NCBI GenBank assembly: GCA_002269645.1
Contig: NIVC01001334.1
Span: forward strand, 186,001 to 250,000
Direction of reading: 5' to 3'
DNA: 64,000 nucleotides
DNA from: Macrostomum lignano
Taxonomy: Eukaryota
Part shown: piece after piece, positions 1 through 12,000 of the stretch
How positions within the stretch are numbered: position 1 is the stretch's first letter
How the letters are laid out: every line of letters starts with the position of its first letter
Made by a program: the position numbers and the translations under genes
The notes under the pieces: generated by a model
The model's database searches: none
The model's input: the letters and a program-made list of their open reading frames with translations, nothing else
What the model was told of the DNA's origin: nothing

Positions 1-3000
1 ATGTCGATTTACGGCTGCGTAGCCGACGGTAAGTGGCTCGATATAGTTCCACTAATATTGCAACCAGTTAAACAAAGTTCTCAACACTTTGGTAAGGGTG
101 ACGCAATATTCATACTTCTGGCACGCACAGTATACTCCTAGATTCGATTCGGCATTTAATTAACACTATTTGGGTTCCTGAAGGGAATATTAGCTTCGGG
201 CCTGTGCGATTCACCCTATCGATGACACAATGACACATATTTAAAGTACTGCCTGCCTTACTATGAATGAATTGCATCAGTACCTCCTATTACCTCTAAC
301 CTATATGACTTACGTTACTATAAATGATGTAAACTATGGCTTCGAAGCAGTTAATCAAATCTGCCTACTACGAATGCCGCACGCGGTTTCAGAGTGCCCG
401 GGCTCCTCAGTCTACCTGAATGGTCTCTGCTACTATGCAGGCACCGATCGCGCGGGGCCCCGCCACCGCAACATCACCCAGCAGCTCTGCAGCGGCATCG
501 AGTGGGGCTCGCGCGGTCGCATTTTCACGCCGAACTCCTTCGAAGCGAACATCATGGTGACGCTGGCTTCACTTCAGGATGGAACGGACGATCCTTACAG
601 CGTGTTTGTCGGTGTGGTCTATGATAACAGTAGCGACTCCTGGGTGCTGGACGGCACGCAGGACAAGCCGGGGTGGATGGCTTGGGACGCCCGAAACCCT
701 GAATACGGGCACTGGCTCGCCACGAGCATGGCAGGGCTCGAGCTCTGGACCTCGCATCTGTCTGAGGGACATCTTGCAAGCACGCTTTGTGAGACGAAGC
801 CAGGTAAAATGTAGATTAAAGTTTGTTTTAAGCTTTTTTATCTATTGATAGATACGGCCTCTGAAGTTGATTTGGATCAGTAAATTCGCTCATTCGCACA
901 TCCTCATAACTTTTTGGGAGTCTCCACAGAGCTCGGCAACTCCAGAATTTCCATGCCTTTATGTATTTCTATTCAACACATAGCTTTAATCTATCTGGGG
1001 ATACTTGCTATTTGGGGGATGCTTGCTATCTGGGGGGTGCTTGCTATTTGGGGGATTCTTGCTATCTGGGGGATTCTTGCTATCTGGGGGATTCTTGCTA
1101 TCTGGGGGATTCTTGCTATCTGGGGGATTCTTGCTATCTGGGGGGTGCTTGCTATTTGGGGGATTCTTGCTATCTGGGGGATTCTTGCTATCTGGGGGAT
1201 TCTTGCTATCTGGGGGATTCTTGCTATCTGGGGGATTCTTGCTATCTGGGGGATTCTTGCTATCTGGGGGATTCTTGCTATCTGGGGGATTCTTGCTATT
1301 TGGGGGATTCTTGCTATCTGGGGGATTCTTGCTATCTGGGGGATTCTTGCTATCTGGGGGTGCTTGCTATCTGGGGGATTCTTGCTATCTGGGGGATTCT
1401 TGCTATCTGGGGGATTCTTGCTATCTGGGGGATTCTTGCTATCTGGGGGATTCTTGCTATTTGGGGGATGCTTGCTATCTGGGGGATTCTTGCTATCTGG
1501 GGGATTCTTGCTATCTGGGGGATTCTTGCTATCTGGGGGATTCTTGCTATCTGGGGGATTCTTGCTATCTGGGGGATTCTTGCTATCTGGGTGGATGCTT
1601 GCTATCTGGGGGATTCTAGCTATCTGGGGGATTCTTGCTATCTGGGGGATTCTTGCTATCTGGGGGATTCTTGCTATCTGGGGGATTCTTGCTATCTGGG
1701 AGATGCTTGCTATTTAGGAGGATGCTTGCGGTCTTGGGGATGCTTGCTATTTAGGGGGATGCTTGCTATTTAGGGGGATGCTTGCTATTTAGGGGGATGC
1801 TTGCTATTTAGGGGGATGCTTGCTATTTAGGGGGAATGCCTATTATCTTTGTGAAGGCTTTATTCTGTTGTGTCCTTTTGTTACTTTTAGAAAAAAAGAG
1901 ATTCATAGCAAACATCTTTGTCCGTGACAATTTTATTCGAATAAGGTGGTTTATAAAACTGAAGAAGGAATTGATTCTTAAGATAATGTGCTTTTCAATG
2001 AATTTTCATGAATAATTTTTGCTCCTTGCTCATTGGGTGCCCCAAGGAGGGCACTAGATTGCTAGTGCATTGCTATGGAAATAGAGCCTTTTACTAAAAA
2101 AGTGCCAAAGAACTTTTTTAACCAGCTGCCGCATTTTCTCCCTCAGCCACAACGAAGACAAGAAGGTGCCGGAATCCGTACTACAACGTTCAGCGCGGTC
2201 GCAGGTACCTCACGCACGGCACCTTTGACAGGACTGTCCAGATTCCCCGAGCCAGCATCAACCTGTTTGAGGCTCTGCGCATCTGTCTGGACGAGTCCGT
2301 CCTGTCGCGTTGTAACTACGTCTACTGGGCGAACTCGAGCACTGCCGGGTCCGACTTCACCAGCTTCACCCTGGTTAGAAAGGACTTCAGAAACTTCTAC
2401 TCCATTGAAAATGAGATTGAGGACGCAAGATACAATGCGATTTCGGTGCACTGCCGAAGTTAGTACAAGCCATTGTCTGGATAATTTTTGGGCGTATTAG
2501 ACACAATGATATTAATATGCAAATTTAAGTGATGCGTAGGAGAGAAGCGAGACATCTAGAGAAGATTTGGTGGAGGATTTCGAACAAAAGCTATGACGAA
2601 AAGAGATTCCTGAAGAATAAGCTGAAGAATACTTAACAAAATTCTTTGCAGATGCAGAAAACATCATGACTGACGGAGGTTACACAACCAACACTATTGA
2701 GAAGCTGGAGTACTCACGCAAGAAATGCTGCACATGGGGTCAGCTGCCACTGGAAGCTCAGTTTCAGAATAAAGAAAACATGGGCTACTGGGACTCGGGC
2801 CTTATCATGGTGAGTTTGAGAATAGCTTTTCTCTGCTTTTAGAAAGCTGAACTTGCATTTGAAATTAAAATGCCTGTGGCAAGTTTTTCCTTGGAATTAA
2901 GTTGGATTACTGGCCTAGTAATACATCTACCTCTCAAGCTTCCAGTTTAATCCAAGGGAAATTGTGGGATTGGGTTATCTGGGTGATGAGGCAAACCCTT

Positions 3001-6000
3001 AAGCTGGGTCCGAAGTCAACATTGAGTCATTGCTCAAAATTTTCATCCGGTTCAGTTCAGCCCAATGGTTGAGAACGCAGCCGAACGAAATACGTAGCAG
3101 GTGCCACGGGAAAGAAGACTCAAAGTGTGAGGTAAAGGCTAGAGTTTTAGGGCATTGTCCCACGCTAAACTCATTATTCAAGACTTCGAAATCATCGCTA
3201 CTAAAAGTACATTTCGTGAGACGTACAGTGTGTTCATACATATGGTTTGTCATGGTCAATGATTGATTGTAGCCATTATTGGTTTCGCCACTCTAGAAAA
3301 ACTCCAAAAACCAAAGACGCAATCTGCCAATGCCTAACTCCAAAACCATAGATGCAATACCAATGCCTAACTCCAAAACCATAGACGCAATCGATTGCAA
3401 TACCAATGCCTAACTCTAAAACCATAGACGCAATCGATTGCAATACCAATGCCTAACTCCAAAACCATAGACGCAATCGATTGCAATACCAATGCCTAAC
3501 TCCAAAACCATAGACGCAATCGATTGCAATACCAATGCCTAACTCCAAAACCATAGACGCAATCGATTGCAATACCAATGCCTAACTCTAAAACCATAGA
3601 CGCAATCGATTGCAATACCAATGCCTAACTCCAAAACCATAGACGCAATCGATTGCAATACCAATGTCTAACTCCAAGACAATAGACGCAATCTATTGCA
3701 AAGGGCACAGAACTTTTTAAAGATTTAAAGTTCGTAATTTAAAAAAAAATCTAAGTTGACGAATTTGAAAAAATTCCTAAATAATTGAATTCTCATATTT
3801 TTGCTTTCTTCACAATTATTGCGAAAAGAATTTCTTTTTGACTGCAGATGACACTACCTCAGTTCATGCAAGCGATCTGATGGGCCTGTCCAAGTCGATA
3901 CGGCCCGTTTTCCGGAGGGAATCGACCTGAAAATTGAGTACTTGAACGAGTTGACCTCCAGCTATGAGCTGGCTTCAGTGGACTTGCAGATTGGCAAACC
4001 GGTGGGTTTGATGCAGCAAGTGTATCGATAGATGCAACTCAAATTTATTGCGTCTCTAAGCAGGATCTTCCAACTAAACTAGAATTCGTTCTTTGATTCC
4101 AGGGTGCCGTCCGCATTTTGCCGGAGAACTATTTTGTCCCAACCTACCTGCTGTTCGCTAATCTGATTTACACGAATCGCTTGAAGCTCAGAAACATGTG
4201 GAGGGACCAGGGCCGGCGCATGGGAGTGAAGCTGGACCTCTATGGAGTGGCCACTACTATTCCTCGTGAGTTTATGGGCATAACTACTTTTTTGCTGAAA
4301 TTATGAATTGGGGGTTGTAGCTCAGTGGTCAGAGCGTCGGGCTCACGACTTGAAGGTCTGGAGTTCGATTCCCGATCGCACTGGAACAGCTGTTTGTGTC
4401 CTTGAGCAGTACACTCAACTCTGCATTGCTTCAGTTCACCCTGCTGTAAAAGGGGTGCCAGCATTAGCTGGGGTAATTGAGGGTGTGTGGCGACTCCCCA
4501 GTCCTTGGACTGAACTGCCGTACGCAGCCTTCAGATGCGCCGCGCAATAGCTGCGGCTGAGCTGTCGTTGCACATCTGGCCCAACTGGGGCTGGTGTAAT
4601 CAATTATTAATTATTTTTACTAATTGAGTTACTTGGGATTAATTTTGTATTGCATAGGCTGGCAAAAGTTTTTGAAGTTAAAAACGAGCGTATAAGTTAA
4701 TGGTCTCTGCGAATTTCGGCCAAGTGTGGTAAAGATGAACAGGAGAGACAATCAGTTTAAAAAAATTGAATCGATACTTTTTAGTGAAAAATATCATCGA
4801 CAGCCTTTTAAATTTACCTAAAGGTTTCTTGAGTTACTTAAAATTCGTTCATTTCTCGGTGCGGTAATTTTTCAGCCACGTGGACATCCTGTAACTCTTA
4901 TCAAAGATACATCCTGTTGACGCACCCGTTCCTGGGCACAATGAAGCTCCCCTGTGTGAATCAATCGATGGTTTTGTACCAGAATCTGCACGAAGACTTC
5001 AACACAGGCAGGTCACTGCCAGACTATCGAGTCGGATTTGCCAGGGGATCAACTCAAATGATGCTGGACTTCACCGAATCGGCTATAGACGCCTCGACCA
5101 GCTTCTGGACTGGACTAGACTTCCTTGAGTTGCTGCCCTATTTTTTCTCATCAAAATGGCCGCTGCTCCTGCGAGTTGATGTCACAAACTCCAACGGGTC
5201 TGGAAAGTACATCGAATGCGGGTCTTGGAGTGTCGGCTCCAGAGCTGAAGGCTACCGGATGAAAGTGCAGGACTGTCTGAGCGGATTTCTAGACGAGGAC
5301 TATTTTCTGCTTCAGAATTCAGCAAAGTTTGGTCTGTTCTCCGGCCTCAACTGCCCGGAATCTTCAGGTGGCTTATTTGCCTGGTGGCAGCCCGACTGCG
5401 GCCTCCAGTCAGTCGTGAAGCTGGCTGGCGACAATGTGTCTGTCGGCTCACGGATGTGGTGGAAACCGACATTTGAGAGCGACACGCATCTCAACGTACG
5501 AATGAGCCTGGTCTTCAATCGCTCGATTAGCACTGAAGGTGAGTTTTCCTGCCCATTAGAACCGTTTAATAATGCAAAGTAAGGAAGTCAGCGTTCAGAA
5601 TTCTAACAACCCGTTGCTTCTCGTACAGTTGCAGCGCTCATGTTTGGCGATCCCTGCACCCTGGACGCTGACTGCCAAGCTAACAGAACGGTGTGCCTCC
5701 CCAGCGGCAGCACCATCGAGTCGACCTGCGACTGCGTTAGCCAGCGCGAAATGAGCCCCGAAGGCTGCAGTCTGGTAGCCGACTTCTCTGCGAAGCGAGT
5801 AGAAAACCCGACTGTGAGCTCGACGCTTGTCAGAAACCACACAGTACAGATTTGTTCAGACCTGAAATTCATTTTGAACAGAGGAAGCGGCTCCGTGCCT
5901 TCGACATCGCCGCCTAAAAAGCTGGCACAATTCTTCTCATACTATCTTAACCAATCCTCAACTTGGTACCCGACCCTGAAACCGATTGAGCCGCATCACC

Positions 6001-9000
6001 TACACGGTCCTCTGAGTGTGTTGTCAGGAGACGTGAACTCGGGACTCGATGTCAAGGAGTCCATCGATTTCAAGGTGTGCGCAAACTCGACGGTTCCAAT
6101 CGGCGCAAAGTGCAATTCGATCTCCTACTACTGCGTTGGATTCACAGCCGGCGAAAACGAGACTGTGGCGGACATGAACGAGCAGAACAACGCGGCTTGT
6201 CGTGACATCACGGAAATTTTAAAATGCAGACCGAATGGAGACACGGCTATAACAAATTATACCATATCACATTTGGCCCCAGACCCTATCACTCGACACG
6301 CTAGCATCAGTGTAGCGTACAATCTGACTATTACGATAAACTCCTTGGAATATCCTATAGTGGCTGTGGAGGACGTTACCGATAGTAACTTTCAAGCTGT
6401 TCTACACGTAACAAGTGGAGACCTACTGACTAACGGCAGCGACTCGGAAATCCGGAGTAGCCTGTGTACAGACAGGTGCTGCAAGTCCACGACCCGTCAC
6501 TCTATAAGCAGGCATACACCACAGGCGATGTTATCGACCTGTCCGTCTGGTCTCAGCCATTTGAGCTGAATCAGACTCAGTGCAATAATACTGCATTATT
6601 TTGTGTCGTATTTTACAACCCAATCGATGCCACGTATTCCGAATTCAATTTGAGCAACAGTATCGCTTGCCATCCGGTTGATACGTATTGCGACATATGT
6701 AAGTAATTTTATTAAAACATTACGAATAAGTGCTATTCATACAATTATCGAGCTTAATATAATAATTTAATTATTTCAGATGCAGAGTTTGCCGTTGACA
6801 CAATTGAGTCCCCGAGAACAGCGAGTTTCCCTGGGTGCCCATCTATTCGCACAATCTTACCTTGAACGTACACATTCGGCACGTCAGCGGCTCTTTGATA
6901 GACCCGGTGCTTCCCCCTCAGAGAAATTTCTATCCGTTCGTGCAGCTAAAGAGCAATGGCGGCTGGCCTGACATTTTGCCCTACCAGGTCGACTGTCCAG
7001 AAAGCTCAATTCAGGGGCTGAAGCAATCTGCTACCGCCGTGATCACCTGCTTCGCCGTTTTTCGGATTGCCTATGATGAGTGCGGCAAGTACGGCTCAAT
7101 ATGCGCTCAGATGACCAACTGGATCATGCCGAGTTTCATCGATAACAACTATTCGAACAAGGACTTCTGCTTTAATGTCTCTAGCCAATTTAAATGTCAG
7201 GGTGAGTAGCGTCTCGTTCGTTTTATTTTAGCTTTCATTTAACCACTAGAGGCAATTTATAGAAATTCAATAAAATGCATAAAGATATTAGCTAACAAAA
7301 GCATCGATTTCTAGCAAGTAAAAAATGAATCACTTGCTTTAAAATCATTTTAGGAATCCCAATGCATGGAGCATCACTCAAGCTACTGCCCAACCCGGTC
7401 AAGTATCCTTCGAACCTTTCCATTTCGATTAAGTGGTTTAACGGGACCTATATCGACGCTATGGTCTACCCAGATTGGAAAAACACCGTCTATAGGTGGA
7501 ACTGGCTAGAAAATGACAACGCGACTAGCTTTCATAACAAAGAGATCCATTACAAAGTTTCGTACGGGCTTGACTTGCGAGAGCACAATGTCACCGTGCG
7601 TTACTACAACAACTTCACCACATTCACTAAGACACAGATTGTGCTTGTAAATCCCGAACTAGAATCGGCGCTTCTGGCTACTATCAGCTATCAGCGGGCT
7701 TTTGCTCCTCTGAATGTCACCTTTTCGCTACAAATGGCCTTTGGCGACACGGGATCCTACTTACTTGCTGACTGCACATTCAATTTATACTTCAACGCTA
7801 ACCATAAATTCACAAAGCTGAGAATACCGGTGGACAAACAACTGAACTTCACATTCGTCTATAGCCCTAAAAATTCGGTTGTAAAATCGACACTTACGTG
7901 CGAAAATCATTTCGGCAGTGTAAGAAAGGACTTCGAAGTCCGTCTTTATCCACCAATTGATATTTACGGCCTCAGCGCATGGGTAAAAAAAACTGCCTGG
8001 AGGACGTTTTACGCGACGAATGTTTTCTTGAATGTCACTAACGGGACGGATGTGACATATTATATTTGGAGCTCCGGTGGGAATAATGTTTCAAAAGTTC
8101 ATCCAGAGCCTGTGTCCTTTTGGGAAGAGCTACCAGTGCCGTACAAATTTACTAAAATCGGAATTTTCGACCTATTTGTCAGTGCCAAGAGCTCCAGAAA
8201 CTCGGAGACAACACGCATTAGCGGCATAGTCGCCCAGAATCCAATCATTGGCCTCAATCTAAGTGGCAGTCCCGATGTCGCCTGTCCACCCGGAACTTTC
8301 GACCTGCAGCTCAGCCACACCGGTGCCAAACAGCCAACCAATGTCACCTGCAACACCACATTCCTAAACAAATCATCAGAACAGGAGGTGGTATTGTCCA
8401 ATTCGCCTTTGGCTCTATCGCTGAGCTGCACTCAAGAGGCGCTCGCTCTGCAGAGCAAAGCAACTGTTTTGTGCTGGAACTTGGTCTCTTCTGCAGTTGC
8501 CACTTTTTCTGTGACTTGCACTGAAGCTGTGAGCGGCTTGGTTGTTACAGCAAGTCAGTTGGCTACTACACCTGGGGTAAATATCAGCATCAGTGCTTTG
8601 CTAACAAATGGAACTGATGTTGTCTACGACTTTGAATTTGGAGACTCGACTGAACCGATCAGAATTGAATCTGCCACTACATTTGCTAAGGACTCCAGTG
8701 CTATTGTGTACCATGCCTTCGAGCTATTGGGAAACTATACAGTGGTTGTCAATGCATCAAATGGAGCTAGTTGGCAAATTGGTCGCATTTTAATAATAGT
8801 CATAGAAGAGCTAGTCGATTTGGAGGTAACGCATGACAAAGTTGTCTTGTACTTGCCCGGAATTTCCAACTTCTTTATTACCAACCTGCCGAATCACACC
8901 AGCAGTCTTGTGTTGTGTGATTTTCAATTCTCCAATTTTGGTTCTAGACGAACCTTCAATCCGAGACTTACTGATCAATCCAATGAGACGGTATCGTTTA

Positions 9001-12000
9001 CATTTCCAAAGGAATCTATTGGACAACAGTATGTTGCGATGACGTGCAGAAACCCGCTGTCAGCGATACCAATAGTTCGAAACTATTCGATTGAAATTGA
9101 GTTAGACGCTGTAATCATCGCAAATTTCACTACGAACGGAACCGTTTGGGATACGTTTCCAACTGAATTCCACCTGAAAATGAAGCGAATTGGTGCCGAC
9201 AGCTGCATCATAGTTAGATACAACGGTACCTTATCTGAAGACATGTTCGGCTTCTCACGCTGTCGCTCCATTGCTGAGGCTGAGGGCAGGTCATTCAAGG
9301 AGATCAATCACTTTAATTTGAGCTTAAGTTGGAGTCGTGTATTTCCAACATACGATGACTACTTAGTGACTGTCGAGGCATACAATGAGGTCAGCAACGA
9401 CACCGCATCACTGACAGCATCTGTGATCGACTGGCCTTGCTTCCACCCCGTTGTGAAACTGTTCGGCTCAAGCCCCCCGGGACTGCTGCTGGCAGATCAG
9501 ATCATTCAAACACTGAGATCGGAAGACGTCAATGTAACCAGTGAGAATGCTTTTAACTGCACCAAGCAAACGAATTTGACCAATCGATGGCAGGTATCTA
9601 CCAAGGATGCTTCACTACAAATTTGCACTCGAGATGAAGAGCGCTGCTCCTTGATCCGCAGGTCGCTGCCATACGGTCTCTGCAATGTGTCCCTCACAGT
9701 TGATCTTGCAGTGAAGCCGCCCGTATTTACAACGGTTTGGTTTCTAGTAAATGTGTCAAAAACTCCTCTGCATCTGGAACCCATCCAGGGCCCTGATGTC
9801 GTTGACTACAATACGACTGTTTCACTGTCTGTGTCAGCCAGGGATTGGGACGAAGAGGAAGGCAACTATACGGGAATGAAGTTTGAGTGGGTCTGCTTGA
9901 GAGTTGGAGAGACCGAAACTACCAACTTCATTTCCATTCCAACGGAATCGGATGTGAGGGCTCTGCCTACTCTGGCAGGATGCTTCGGTAATGGTCCCGG
10001 TGTCATTCTCGGCGGAAATCAGTCTCACGCTGCATCACTCTCGATTAGCTCGTACAACATGTTTCCCAACATCACTTACGAGCTCATAATGCGTCTGGCG
10101 AAAGACAGTCGACAAGTGATTCAGAAAAAGTTGCTTACTGTGCGCAGCCAACCGAATCCAGTGGGCCGACTGCAGTGCGTCGATAACTGCGGGCTCAAAG
10201 CCACTGCGAATCGCGCCATTACGTTTGAGCTGATATGTGACACGAATTGTGGAAACAAGTTCAAACCGTTGGGCTTCGAGCTGACAATAGTTCGAGTCAG
10301 CGAGAGCTGGTCCGAGCTTGGCAGTCGTGTTGGAGGAGCTGGCGAAGGCGTTTTGAGCATTCCGCCGAGTGAAATTTCTGCTGGTACTTTTTACCGGGTT
10401 GAGGGCCGAATGTGGAACTACATGCCAGAAAACAGTGTCAGATTGGAGCGCATTGTCGTTGTGAACGGACCGCCGGTTGGGGGAGCATGCACTGTGACTC
10501 CCACAGTTGGTAAGTACGATCTACATAGATTTACGTCTGTAGCTTGAGCATTATTCTTCTAAATCTCAAATTCATGTATTTATAAAAGGGTGCTATGAAT
10601 GAGTTGGCAGAAGTTTAACAATTTTTATACATGAAACAGATCGATCGCTGTAAAACCCCTGCACCTGACACGCACCCTCGCAGGTCAAACTAGCAAAACA
10701 ACTCACGAGTTCGAATGCACCGACTGGCGCGAGTTCGGCAATATTTCTTTGGGCCCACTGCGTTACAAAGTCGCGTTTTACCGCAGGGACATGGGCCAGA
10801 GGGCGACCATTCTGGAAACAACAGACTCCTGCAAAGAAGCTCTCTCTATTCCTCTGGGCGAGCCTTTGAGAGATTTCGCTGCCGAAATCATTTTCACAAT
10901 AACTGACGCATCTGGTCTGAAAACAGAGAGGACTGTGCCGATAAAGGTGAATTTTACAATTGTGGATTTCATTTTATCGCCCAGAAATTTAAACTACAAC
11001 ATGATTCAATCAACAAAAATATCTAACCGTTTCATCTACAGAGCTTCATAACAGATTACCTGGCTGAGGTGCTGACTCGTGAGCTGACACTCATTCTGTG
11101 GGGCAACGCGAGCGCCCTGGCCCAGCAACTCAGCGATGGGAACTACCAGCTGGCGTCCAACACTCTACTGACGGTGGCCGGCATGATGAACGCCTGGAAT
11201 GAAGACGGCGAGGGCGCTGGTGCGAGCGCAGCAAAGAAGCAGCTCTTCACCGCTAACATGACGAAGGTGCGCAGATTCGGGCCTCATTGTATTGTTTATT
11301 TGCATGGGAATATTTGAGAAACTGGCATAGGGCAACCAAGGACTTTTTGAAACTGCTATAAGTTTCATTCAAAGGAAAGCTTTTTTCACACAAAAAGCAG
11401 TCCTTTGAAACAATAGGTTTGGAATAAAGGCTCGGAGACCGTCCTCCATATGATCATTCTTAACTAGCTACAAGTATCTTTTGCAGATTAGAGTCTATTT
11501 AAACTTTTAGAAAGATTTTCAGCTTCCAGAGTACTAGAATTATAATAACACATAATCCCTCAGCTTCGAGACAGGTACATGAAAGTCGTGAACGACTTTC
11601 CCACCAGCACAGCTGGAGAAGTGGATAGAGTGGCCACCCTCATCATCTTTGGTGCTCAGAAGCCGCAGCAATTTAGTCTCACTGCTCAGGTGAGTTCCCG
11701 TAGTCGTTTGCCTTAGCTCGTAATGCGTATCAAATGCAATTACTCAAAAGCTCATACTACGATGGTATTTCAACTTCAGACAATGGCCCAACAGAAGCTG
11801 ACACAAATGGTAGGTGATATGTGGCGCCTTCAAAACGAAGTGTCCTTGAACGAGCAGCTGGCAGTATCCACAAAAATGATGGACTGCGGATTGGCGGTGT
11901 GGAATGCCACAAGGGCGTCTGTATCCGGCCTGTGCAAGAGGGGCTGCTCAGGTCAGCAGCAGGCGGACTCAGGGACCGCTAAGTCCAGCGTGCGCGAGAC

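Noticed and set aside
914-1773. Three long overlapping ORFs (ILAIWG / GDSCYL / GGFLLS repeats)
   Set aside because: Translations of an 18-bp intronic minisatellite that has no stop codons; lies between phase-matched PKD1L exons
2075-2500. Ser/Thr-rich 141-aa ORF suggesting a mucin stalk
   Set aside because: Splice phases on both sides select a different frame (PAN-like exon 2147-2458)
3300-3700. Regular 43-bp repeats resembling a CRISPR array
   Set aside because: No unique spacers, no cas genes, eukaryotic intron
4310-4385. Functional tRNA gene (anticodon CAC)
   Set aside because: The acceptor stem does not close and the T-arm is weak; the sequence runs straight into a SINE core
6408-6475. 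Apparent frameshift between ORFs 5640..6569 and 6464..6706
   Set aside because: Explained by a 68-nt GT-AG intron (GTAACA...CTGACTAAC...ACAG) with matching phase 0
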